Assembly (NCBI GenBank): GCA_020137815.1
Contig: CM035359.1
Coordinates: forward strand, 3,596,001-3,660,000
Length of the DNA: 64,000 bases
DNA from: Hormiphora californensis
Taxonomy: Eukaryota > Animalia > Ctenophora
Direction of reading: 5' to 3'
A program made the translations under genes and the position numbers. How positions within the stretch are numbered: the stretch's first letter is position 1; each line of letters begins with the position of its first letter. The notes under the pieces were generated by a model. That model did not search any database and was not told where the DNA came from. It saw only the letters and a list, made by a program, of their open reading frames with translations. This document shows, piece by piece, positions 35,237 to 47,110 of the stretch.

Positions 35237-37629
35237 CAACACCGCTATACGTTTCAACTGTGTGATGTTCAACTACCAAGAGACCAATGTGTATTGTGAC
35301 GACAAGTGGAGAACATGGGTCAACTGTACATCCGACCACACTGATGAAACAAATCTGTACTGTGCAGTGGGGCGCTACAAAACATCAATAGACGAGACAT
35401 TGGAATGTGATCTGGAGAGGTGTGTGTGACGACGGTGAAGATAGGACTGTCTTATCATAGATGATGTTACTACTAACTATTACCGGTACATCAACCTACA
35501 TCAATGACAAAGTAGAGGAGGACTACACCATGTACCGGTGCCCCTGGGGGTAGAACTCATCTTCTTTACCATCCAATCAACAAGTTCTGTGATGGTTATG
35601 TAGATTGCCCAGTGGTGGAGAGACGGTTATCCTAGTGAGGAGGAGAGCGCGGGTAGTTCCAGCTCGAAGGCTGGATGGGTATCTATCGGAGAACACCATG
35701 TATTTGCAGCCCCCTGTCTGCCTGGCGTCATGGCAAGTTCAACATGCACTGTGATAGAAGTTGAACTGGGGTACGGTATAACCAAGTACCTTCACTACGA
35801 TCATGCCTCTTTTGACTGCGCTAACACGGGAGGGGAGGTTTATGTGCTTGCAGTGACAGCTGATCTCTGCGACACACTGGACTACTCTGAAGATCTGGAC
35901 GTTACCACTGAGGGTCTGAGTGGATACACCACCGTGTACTCTCTCTTCAATAATCTGTCTGATGTTGGCTCCTTGCTTTACAATGGAAGTGCAACCGACA
36001 CGATATTCACTTGCTCCAACGACATCATGATCGCTTCAAGCAAGGTCTGTGACTACATTAATGACTGTGGTGATGACTCGGATGAGAAGAACTGTCTGAA
36101 TCGTTTCACCTGTGGGACGGATAACACAACTATTAAGAAGACTCAGGTGTGCGACACAGTGTTTGACTGTACTGATAAGAGCGACGAGTGTGATGAAGGA
36201 TGCAAGGACAGCACTGTCGTCTGGCGGATGATAACGACCCCTTTTTATAGGGGCATCGCAATCACTTTTGGCCTCTTCTCTCTCGTCGTCAACTTAGTAT
36301 CCCTGGTAATGTTTTTCAAGATGCTATTGACGACAAAGGACATTTCATTTAGCCTGCTAACAAACGACATCCTTGTGGCACTGATCGCTCTGGGAGACTT
36401 CTCTGTAGGGATATATATGGTACTGGTCTTCTCTTACGACCAGTATTATGGGGAGGAGTATTGCAAGGAAAGGCTGAAATGGCTCTCTAGTACCCCCTGC
36501 GGGTTTATTGGTGTAGTTAGCACATTTGGAAACCAGCTATCTCTCCTCTCTATGACATTGTTATCAGTCTTCAGGCTCATCTCTATCAAGACAATGTTAA
36601 TATTCTCCTCCCTCAGTAAGAAGATACCTTGCCTTACAACTTGTGTAAGCTGGATCTGTTTCCTGAAAGATGAACGCAATGAGCCTCCTCCAATTATCCC
36701 ATGTCATCTCGCCACTATTGTAATAATACAGGTACTAACATCAACAAACATCATCAGGTTTTGCACGACCTCTTGAAAAACATGAATCGTCTGGCGAACA
36801 CGATAGGGCCCATTAAATTCTATAGCCCAACTGACTATACAATTTCTTTTTAAAACAACAAAGGGGTGTGTTATATCCCACATTATTTCATTACTTCATC
36901 TTGGATAGCTTTCCGGGATTCTAGATTGTTTACACCTACGCTGGATGGATATCGAGAGACGTTATGACTCCTGACGTAAAGCAACATTCCTATTACACCT
37001 ACGTCAGATAACAACCAATTGTTATGTCTACCGAGAAGAATCGATGCAATACTTAAAGGAGGATACGAAGCGGAGAGGACTCACTGATACTCACTGAGAC
37101 TCACTTGGACCACCAGACTCTTCACCCGACTCACACCATAGTACGGAAGGACCCGAGAACGATCCCATTGATATCTGACCCATCACCCCCTTGAATCGGA
37201 GGATACCCATCAGATCACTGATTGCAAGTTAACATTGCCTTGCAATATATACTGTAGTTCTCAAGTGTTATACAAAACAGTAAACCTATTCACCCACACA
37301 TTATCATACAAGACCACCTTAACATGATCATAGCAACAGACTTTGCTACCTGGATCCCCTTTATCACTCTGTCGTTCCTGCATTACAACGGTATTTGGGA
37401 TGGTAATAATCTCTATGAGTTCTGCTCCATCCTCCTGATCACAATCAATAGCGTCCTCAACCCCATCATTTACAACGGGGATGCCGTTATTAGGGTGCTT
37501 CTCAGGTGGAACAGAAGGATCGCCAGCTCACTAGGAATCATCCATGTCACACAGACTGCCAGCATAGAACTACAGGGCATGAAGGGTCGTCGTGAAAGCA
37601 GGAAAATTGATGAAAAATCCAGTCAGTAG
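35237..37629 (+). CDS. 3' part of a second LDLa-7TM GPCR; starts at a splice acceptor; frame-noisy
   Basis: Begins ttttcAG|C AAC ACC. LDLa repeats VCDYINDCGDDSDEKNC and VCDTVFDCTDKSDEC; TM1-3 in ORF 35730-36776 (LIALGDF); TM6-7 in ORF 37324-37629 (TDFATWIP, INSVLNPIIY). Indel noise at 35310-35730 and 36660-37320. Confidence 0.82.
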
Positions 37630-37749
37630 AATCAAAAAGTGAAACGTGGGTTCGGTAACCTGTTTAGTATGAGTAACATTCATCCTTCTTGTGTTCGAAA
37701 CAAAAACATGTGATAAAAGGAGCACGTGTGCGGGTGTACTATAGTATTG

Positions 37750-40700
37750 TGTTAGTTAAAAACTGATTTATGATGTTTTTGCTCCCTGATGAGATAGACT
37801 TGAAGAACTCGACATAATATATCGAACCTCAATCTCATCAGTGGTGTAAAGTAAGGACGTTCGATACGGGTGTGTTTGGAAAGGGACGTTCTTGGGGTGG
37901 TTTCGTGACACGTATGGGGCGTACCCGTCAGCTGGAGCGTAAAGGCGAAAGTAAACACGTTGTCTTTTATCTTGTGAATGTAAAAGTAACGGTAAAGGAT
38001 TGTTACAGTTCAGTTGACTAAGAGAACACACGCTTTGAAAGTTGCTTCGCTCCGACAAAAAAGCTCACTCTCAAAACATCAATCAATCTTCTCCTCAGAT
38101 CTCAGAAAACGCGCGACGTGTCACCAAAGCGACACACACCGCGCGCGAAGATGCTGTGCTTTAATAGAACTCAGCGTCAAAACAAGCACCTTCGCGATAG
38201 GACACAGACACAAACCACCATTCTCACACACACGCACACACAAACACACAGGGCTGGCCCAGTTCTGCACCATTCATCAAGGACAAAAGCGCCGTTGCCA
38301 CCGACTCCTTTGAGCCGGTGACACGGTGTCCTCGACAGAATAGCCCAGAACTGTACCATGAGCACGGGACGATGAAAATAAACGAATATCGAGAAAGAGT
38401 ACACGTGACTTACAAGATACACTCTACAAGGAGTTACGTTAACGGTAAAAATAATTCATTAAAAATACTGTGTAGAATAATAAAATCGGACCATAGCATA
38501 CCCGGGTAATAATTAAGATCATTAAAAGCTTCACATTTTGTGAATACAAACATGTTCATGGTCAGTAATACCACTGTATAAAATATTACAATTTGTTTCT
38601 TTTTCTGTTTTCTCTTTCTCAGAGAAATTCTCGCTTTAAACAATGATTTCACGATGAGGTAAGGAAGAAAGGTCTCTGAAGTTCCAATTAAAGGGGGCAT
38701 TGCTGTTCACGTTGCACCATGTGGCCGATACCGTCCACCCCAGGAACACGATGTCAAAGGATGGCGCACAGGTTGATGGAAAATTGATGATGAGATTGAT
38801 CGGACACCGGTTGTTTCACTCTTTCTCAAGCGAGTTTCTCAGGGGGTAATCAAACTTCAGCAACAGCCGGTTCCTGACAAAACCATTGATCTCAAACCAA
38901 TAGATCACGGCTTCTCTTCACCTCCTTATCATGTCTCAAGGAAGCAAAATACGCATGTTCACACTTCACATGAACTGTTCACCGGTATCGCAGATGGTAG
39001 CTGCCATGTATCGTTAGGTAGCACATTTACCTTGTCATCAGGTTTCAGTTTGTTTCTGGATCATCAAAACATATCAACAGATAGAGGTCAGTTGTATGGT
39101 TGCTGTTGTCGAGAACTCTCAACTTGGTTGGGGTTATAAAAATAAATCCAAAAGGATTTAAACGGGTTGTCGAGTACACTCACTTAGTTGTAAAATAAAA
39201 TCGAAATCCAAGAGGATTTGATGGGTTGTCGAGTACACTCAACTTGGTGGGGTTATAAAAATAAATCCAAAGATTTAACGGGTTGTCGAGTACACTCAAC
39301 TTAATTGTTAAAATAATCGAAATCCAAGAGGATTTGATGGGTTGTCGAGTACACTCAACTGGTTGGGTTATAAAAATAAATCCAAAAGGATTTTAACGGG
39401 TTGTCGAGTACACTCAACTTAATTGTTAAAATAAAATCGAAATCCAAGAGGATTTGATGGGTTGTCGAGTACACTCAACTTGGTTGGGTTATAAAAAATA
39501 AACCAAAAGGATTTTAACGGTTGTCGAGTACACTCAACTATTAGTGTAAACACTGTTTAAATGTAGAGGGAGATCAGAAGATCTTACTTCCGGAACAGAT
39601 GAGCCTCAATGTGGAGTCGAAGATGTTCAGGCCTAGCAGCAGTCAGTGTTGGGGAGTGGCGAAATCTCGTGCACTGAGTAGGAACACACTCATATCGACC
39701 ACATGACAACTAACCCCCGAATCGGTCAGGTTTTTGAACTGAGCTCGAAGCCTGATTCTCCGGTCATTTCCTCCTGTAACTGGCGGAGAGGTTTGGTCTG
39801 GAGAAGGTGTTTCCGCTGTATCATGGTCATCTTCGGGTTGCTCTGGTGTTGGCACGATTTCAACTGAAGTTTCGTTACAATCGGGTGATCTGCATTTGCA
39901 TCTGAACTAGAACTGGCATCATTGGTGGGTTTGATTCGGTTTTCTTCAGTTTCTCCGAATTTTTACACTCTACCGTTTTGCCGTTGCGTGCAAATAACTT
40001 CAACTTTCCCACACCAATACCGTTCTCCTACTCTCATTCACCTGTAGAGGTAAGGGCTGATCACTTCGCTCACCGAGAGGGTCCCTCGAACCTAGGTCCA
40101 ACATTTAATGAACGCGGCACGGGATTTTCACACAGAACTGATCTCCAATGCAAGCTCCGGGTCATTTAGTCCTTGTTGAATTGCTTTGGCCGCTATTAGG
40201 TCTTCATATCCACGTTCTGCCTGATTTTGTAACTCAAGTTACAGATTTCTCGGTAGCGGTTGGTAGACGGACGCTGGAATGCCCATCTGTGGAGTCTTAT
40301 CATTTTTCCATGGGTCGGCGAAGATGTAACGCATCAGGCATGTTTGGTTCTGTGCCAAATACAATCCTGTGTGCCGTGAAGCCTGTTCTTCTGGATCTGG
40401 TGTTGTTTAGCTTGAAACAACTTGGTCAGATGCAAGTCCCAATCTTTAGGGTTGGATTCAAACAGGGTTGCTCTGAGGATCGATCAATTTTTGTTGCTAT
40501 TTTCAGCACGTCCAGTACTGCGGGCTGAATAAGCTTGGCCGTGTTGAACTTTCACGTTTAGCTTTTCGAAGAAATCCTTGAATTCTTTGCCGTTGAATTT
40601 TTGATGTTGATCACCGATTATTTCTCTCGGCCAACCAAATTTCCAGATCCAATGAGCGAGAATTTTCTCACGGCTCTCAACGGATGTTTGGGTCTTCGTA

Positions 40701-43700
40701 GGCACTGCAACTAGAAAGTTTGAATAAACGTCTGTAATTGTTAGACGTTCTTGTTGCCTCTTATCGTCGATCCACGGGCTTCTGGAACGATATGATCGAT
40801 TACAATAACGGCTTTGAACTCGTGACACACAAATGTGGCCATCTCGGCTTGGAAGGTCTGTTGACGCTGTTTGTTGAGGCACCTTTACACACTGACCGAT
40901 GTATAGTCCGACTGTTTGGGCTGGGGCCGGCCAGTAAAAGTTTCTTCGTAGGTGATCAACTGTTGCACTGACTCCGGCTGACCTGTGTGGAAGTCATGAG
41001 CCTGTCTGATAGCTCTTCTCGCCTTCATAGGTACCACGATCAGCCAGTTGGAATCATTTGTCTTTATATCGAGCCATTTTCTTTGCAAAACACCATCCTC
41101 TAACCGGAGCAGCTGGTATTGTTTCCACAAAGACTCTAGATCAGGTGGCCCTGTGGCTTGTACCACTTGTCTATTCCCGTCACTCACCCATTTTCTCACT
41201 AATTTTAGAATGTCATCTTGCTCCTGGGCAGTTCCCTCATTCAGCCCATGTCCTTTCCTGCTACGGGGATATCTACCCCGTTTTGCTGGATCGATGCGCA
41301 TAAGCAATGAATCTCCTGCTCATATGACCATCTTCTTCTGCTTCGTTATCTTCATTCATGACTTTTATTGGATGGGTGGTTATCCTCTTCACAGCTCACC
41401 CGATTGTCGAGTATCTGCACAGGCCTAGAGTTTCTTCCGAGCCAATAACTCCATGTTTCGTGTGGCTGTTTTCATCTGATTGGGTGGGTGACTCGTCTCC
41501 GTTACTGAAGTTATTTATACTCCGGACGTACGATGCTTCCGGAAACTGAGTGCTCTGCACGATAAAGACTTCGCGCTCGCTTGCACTTGCTAACTCGTGT
41601 TGTCGACAGAGATATGTCTTCATGAATCTTCAGTAGACGTGTACGTTCCTGTATCCATGTCGCTGCTAAAACGATCTTCATGGTTGGACTCTGTGTCTGC
41701 TTCGGACTCGTGTGGAGTTGTGACGATCCTCAGTATCTTTCGGACGACATTTTGTTGTATCTCTTCGTTGTTTCTATCGCATAGAGTAACAACCTTGACA
41801 ACTTTAGTCAAATCTTCATGAGTTTGAGTGTTCGTTTGTGTTTCGGCTTCGGTCTTGGTTGGCGGAAGCTGAACCCTACAACCAGTCACATATCTTGTTT
41901 TCCGGCCACTTAAATGTCGGAGTTTAATTGAACTCGGCTAACTTCATAACTTTCTGGTTACCGCGTTGTCTGGCTTCGTGAACAGGGTACCTTCGCTTCG
42001 GCTTTTACCAAGGATAAACAGTTGTTATGACGACAACTGTTTCACGTTATAAAGATATATGGTCCATGCTGGATTGCTGCGAACAGAGCCTCGAACTCCA
42101 GCTTCGTCTGTCCCCTGCTCTCTTGTACTCGGGGAGAGCTCGGCTGTAGTAAGCGACATCCTTCGTTTCCTCTACCTTCAGGTGTATCCAATCTGGGATA
42201 GGGAGGCGCCTAAACCTTCTCACTGGCATCTAGTGTGACCTCGTAGGAGCTGTAAGGATCTTCTGGATTTGGTATTGCAAGCTGTGTACTTTCCGCGACG
42301 AGTTGCTTCAGCTTCGCATAAGCTTCACTACATTCCTTTGTCCATTTGAATTTCTGCTCCTTTCTCCGCGTATGGAAGCGAATATGGCTTACTGATGGAA
42401 CTGTATCCTGGAATCCATTTCCTAACGTAGTTTAATGCACCATCGCTGCATCACTTCTTTCTTGAGTCAGGTTCGCGGAGTGCTAGGAGGTCGGCTACAC
42501 GGTCTTCAGTGATACTTATACCGCCACCACTGACACGAACTCCAACAAAATCAACTGCATCTCTCATCAGTGACTTTTGTCCGGTGAAATTTTGAGGTTC
42601 GCACGTAACATCTAGAGTAGCCGTTCCAATCGATCCAGATGTTGGTCAACTGTGACCGAAGACAGGAGGAGGTCGTCCACAAATTGGACAACCTGTTCAA
42701 TCGGGAGGGATCCGCAGACGATTCATCATATCACGAAGGACGGTCCGGATGATCGATGTCCCATCACTGTCTTCGAGAAGCGTACTGCGTATGGTGTTCT
42801 TATACAGGAAGGCAGTGATCTGTTTCGAGGATTCATCATAGGGAAGCTGCCAGTATCCTCGGGTGAGGTCAAAAGAAAGAAATATCTTGTCCTGGCCGAT
42901 TTTATCCAAGACATGATCCAAATGAGCCAATGGGAAGTTTGCTGGCATACACATCTTGTTAACGTTTTCCTAGGTCGCACCAAGCCTGTAACGCTGATGC
43001 TGCCTTTAGGTGTTTTCTTTCGTACCAGGAATGTTGGTGAGTTCCAATCTGACCGTTGCGGAAGGATCTCCACCACATTCGTTTTCACCATCTCATCGAT
43101 GTTTCTTGCATCTCCCCCTCAAGCTTGTAGTGGGCAAGGGAATGGAGGGGTCCACTGAGGTGTAGCCCCTTCCTTCAACTTGATCGTAGCTTTGTACATT
43201 TGCAGGAACCGAGATCGTACTCATCGTATGCAAAACAGTTCCCTGTGTTCCAATGATGTCTTTAGGATCTGTGAGCTGTTTTTCGTGAGGTTCCTGGATG
43301 CAGTTTTTACTTTTAGACGCTCGAATATTCTTCCTTGTCACTTTCTCGACTTTCCGGTTCCTAGACTCACGGAGAAATTGGATTCGGTCTTCCCATTCCA
43401 CTCTAGAATAAGGGTCGTACTCTGGCATGGGCGGATTTAGCGGCTTTATCACCCCTTTGGAGGTTATCGGCTCCTCGCTAAGTTCAAAACTCTCATGGGA
43501 ATGTCTCCTTCCATAGCTCGGCAATTTGCGTCACCAGATGAGTAGGCCATTATTTTTCCGTGACCATCAGTTGAGACAAGACCGATCGTATCACTAGACA
43601 ATCTTCCTTCAGGATCCTACGACATACCCCATAGTATGAGGTGGTATTGTGGTGAGTTTCTCCCCACCTCTATCTGGAGAATCTTCTTGGTGCTTCTGGT

Positions 43701-45859
43701 CTTGGCAGGAAGGTACTGTTCACCATTTGGGACTCTTAGTTCAGCGTTCGTAAGTCCAAGGCGGCTCCTGTACTACGACAGAATGGGTCACCTAATAGAA
43801 TATCTGTATCCATTCCTTCGCACACCACGAAGTTGACCAGATTAACTGGTGGCTCCTCCGACTATCATACACAAGGAGATGGCGCCTCTGCAAGGTATCC
43901 GATTTCCGCTGAAATCTCTCAACTTTCTTGTTGTCTCACGGATCTCAGACACTAGCCCGTACTTACATACAGTTGTCAGTCAATAAGGTTACTTGGCTTC
44001 TGTATCGATGAACATGCGCACCGGGTGTTTAGTTTGATCCTCACACCTGCGGGGCCATGGAGAGTCCGTTTACAATAATTTCTTGAGATTTCCGTATTTC
44101 TTCCCAGAGAGGGCTTTCACTTTCCGCTGCCTTGCTCCTCTTGTTCTCTTTTTCTTCCGTTTGGTCTTGGGTTCAGGGATAACATCGTCCTCATTGTTGC
44201 CCTCGACCTCAACCACTGCTGAACTATCGACTATTTCATTTTTCTCATCGCTCACGTCAGTGTGGGATTGATTCTTCTCCTGCTTTCGGATGACCACTTT
44301 TTTCCGTTTTTTGTTCTTGGGGAAGACTTAGGAGTGGATTACGAGTCCTTTGAGTCCACATCAGATGCTGTGGAAAGACCTTTTATCATTCTCATTCGGG
44401 TGCTACTTCGGTACCCGCTACAGCTTGTGTACTGTTTAAAGATGTTGCTGTATCTCCTTCTTCCTCTCTATAAACACCTTGTCTGATCGTGGTGAATCCC
44501 AGACGCATTTTACCGGCACAGATTCGGGTGTGGTCACCCTGTTTTCCTCGATTTCCTTCTTCTGTGCCGGGGTCACTGTCCGCTCAATTAATTGGCGCGG
44601 CGGAGTTCTGGTGGTGTGTCCGCGTTGTTGAAAATCTCCGACCGCTCTCTCGTTTAACTGCCATCCTCGGTTCTGGCAATTTCTGCTGAGGTGCCATTCT
44701 GATGACAAACATAGCATAGACCGTTGGCTCGATCATGTTCTCTCGTTCCAGGCACTGACGATGTGGCTTGTCTTCTGTTACCAGTTGTGAATGTCTGGGG
44801 TCGGAAAGTTCATGGTCTGCTGATTCTGCATCGGGTTAACATCGGTTTGGATAGTGCTCGCTAGCACGGGACAGTTCTGGCTTCATGTAGGGTCTTGACC
44901 ACATATTTGGCAAGTTATCTTGAAACCACAGTTGCTTCCGTTGTTCGTCTTCTTACAGAATTGCACGATTCCAACTCTTCTCTGGTAAGGGCTGGTTTTG
45001 GCTCATTCGTCCGTCACTCGAATTGCATAAACAGTGGCTCCAATCCCACCGCCTCTCTTGAAGATTTTGTTCTGCGTCCGCTGCTCTCTCAGCTTCTGCA
45101 ACCAAGTTTCAAAAGCGACGTCCTGTTTCTTCCAGTCACAGACATCCTTAGCAACATCACGGTCATGAAGACCTCTTTAGAGCGTCTCTTGTTTGCGTTC
45201 ACACGATCACGGACTCACCTGGGAACGCAAGCTCTGGCTGCCCGATGGATTTCTCTCTGCAAAGTCAGATACCGACTCGTGTCATCCTGTTTAAGTCCTT
45301 CATTTCTAAAACGATTTGTCTCAGCAATGGCAGCGCTCATTCGGATAGCATCACGGTATGAATTGTAGCAACTTGTGTGATTGGCCATTTCTTCTTGGCT
45401 GAACTTCAGACGGCGTATCCGATCATAGGTGGCATCGCACTTTAAGCAGTTAAGTAGGATTCCACGCACATCCTGAGGTTCTCGTCGTCCATTGACAGAT
45501 AATCTTCAAATCTCTTCAGTACGATTTCAGACTATTCCCTTCCTTGAACTTTGGTGGTTTTATATTCCGGGGGAGGGGTTCTGTATCTGTTTTGGTCACT
45601 GGAGTGGTTGAACGTTCCGTTGATCTGCACTGGTCGACTTGCTGGAACTACCACGGGTTTTCTGGGCACGTTGGGTTGTTAGATGACGTGCTTCGGCAAC
45701 TCAGAGCTCTTGATCGGTCCAAAGTTCGTGACATTCTTTTCCTCCGGTATCCTGGGCTTATCTTCAGGGATTCGGAAACTTGCTCTCGTGTGGGAAACTT
45801 GACACGATTGTGACGCAAATGCATGTCGCGAGGTCATTGGTTTCCGTTCTGGCTCAACT
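37750..45859 (-). mobile_element. Gypsy/Ty3 LTR retrotransposon, degenerate, 5' end lost in the gap
   Basis: gag-like region 45860-44050; protease MFIDT near 44015; RT motifs WNSPTFLVRKK, FDLTRGYWQL and FVDDLLL (~42665-42680); RNase H ~42230; integrase LRLEDGVLQRKW and WIWKFGWPREIIGD. A purine tract is followed by TGTAAT at 38590, the 3' LTR start. The LTR left end is uncertain (37750 or 37979). Confidence 0.9.
39103..39540. repeat. Eight-copy array of a 21-bp core with two alternating ~37-bp spacers in the Gypsy 3' UTR
   Basis: Core ggttgtcgagtacactcaact at ~39103, 39164, 39223, 39280, 39339, 39399, 39459 and 39519. Confidence 0.9.
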
Positions 45860-45959
45860 NNNNNNNNNNNNNNNNNNNNNNNNNNNNNNNNNNNNNNNNN
45901 NNNNNNNNNNNNNNNNNNNNNNNNNNNNNNNNNNNNNNNNNNNNNNNNNNNNNNNNNNN
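45860..45959. other. Assembly gap (100 N)
   Basis: Seen directly; followed by (atttacaag) x12 at 45989-46096. Confidence 1.
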
Positions 45960-46398
45960 AGGGGATGGGAGGCAAAGAAACACACACTATTTACAAGATT
46001 TACAAGATTTACAAGATTTACAAGATTTACAAGATTTACAAGATTTACAAGATTTACAAGATTTACAAGATTTACAAGATTTACAAGATTTACAAATTAG
46101 TTTCGGTAACTATAACAGTGCTGCTTGCAGTGAAAATACTGTAACGCAGAATACAGTAATCTGCGCGGAATTTGCGTAACGCGCGAGTGCTTTTGTCAAC
46201 AATCTGTTAAAAGTACTTTGTGGTCAGCACGTACTACCGCGCCGATTGGACGCGGTTGCGCGTCTTCATACAGTGTCTCCGTTTTCCATTACAGTATTCT
46301 CACTACAAGCGACCGTGTAAGTTTCCGGGCGGGGGATTAAGATGATATAAGTGATATATTTACACGCTGGATTGTTTAGAAGCTGGATGTATTGTTAC

Positions 46399-47072
46399 CT
46401 GGTCCCATTGAGAGTGCAGTTAAGGGCCTCATATTCAGTGGTACAAAGTTCTGACGTGGTGACTGTAGTGGAGCTGCAAATTAGATCAGAGAAACAGTAG
46501 TTTTTAGGGGCAATTTTGCATTTGCGGGCATCGCACTATAGACGCAGTACCCACGTACTATAGACGCATTATAAACGCATTATAAACGCATTATAGACGC
46601 ATTATAGACACACGCAATATAGACGCAATTTCGTAAGCAGCACTATAGACGCAATGTAGACGCATTATAACAGCAACATAAACGCATTTTTATAGACGCG
46701 ACGCAGTATAGCCGCATTATAGGCGCACTACCCACCCCAAATTCACCTTATAGACGCACTATAGACGCATTATAGACTGACTATAGCAGCACCATAAACG
46801 CTACATAGACCCATATAGACGCATGATAGAAGCATTATAAACGCAAATCGCTTTTTATAGACGCCGCGTCTATAAAAAACGTGCTTTTTTTAAGAAGCAC
46901 TATAGACGTACTCAGACGCACGCTGCGATATTTGAGGCGCAGTTGGGCGAACTATAAACGCATCTTTGTCGCATATAAAAGGAAGCAGTATAGACGCATT
47001 ATAGACGCATTATAGCCGCATGTGAGCGAAATCGATAAAGACGCAATATAGACGCAAAATAAGAAGGAGATC

Positions 47073-47110
<38 letters not shown>

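Noticed and set aside
35237-37629. Calling the second GPCR a true pseudogene
   Set aside because: The disruptions cluster in blocks of dense indel noise next to clean ORFs, which fits unpolished reads equally well.
37786-37841. CTGATGAG as a second hammerhead
   Set aside because: There is no GAAA core; it is simply one arm of a short inverted repeat in the LTR region.
39103-39540. CRISPR-like repeat-spacer array
   Set aside because: The spacers alternate between two related sequences, there are no cas genes, and the context is a eukaryotic retrotransposon UTR.
18147-46399. Kringle exons and the Ig gene as one giant - strand gene
   Set aside because: Not excluded, but the last kringle-gene exons are homologous to the GPCR ectodomain and match the 35237 exon in phase and position, so that join is preferred.
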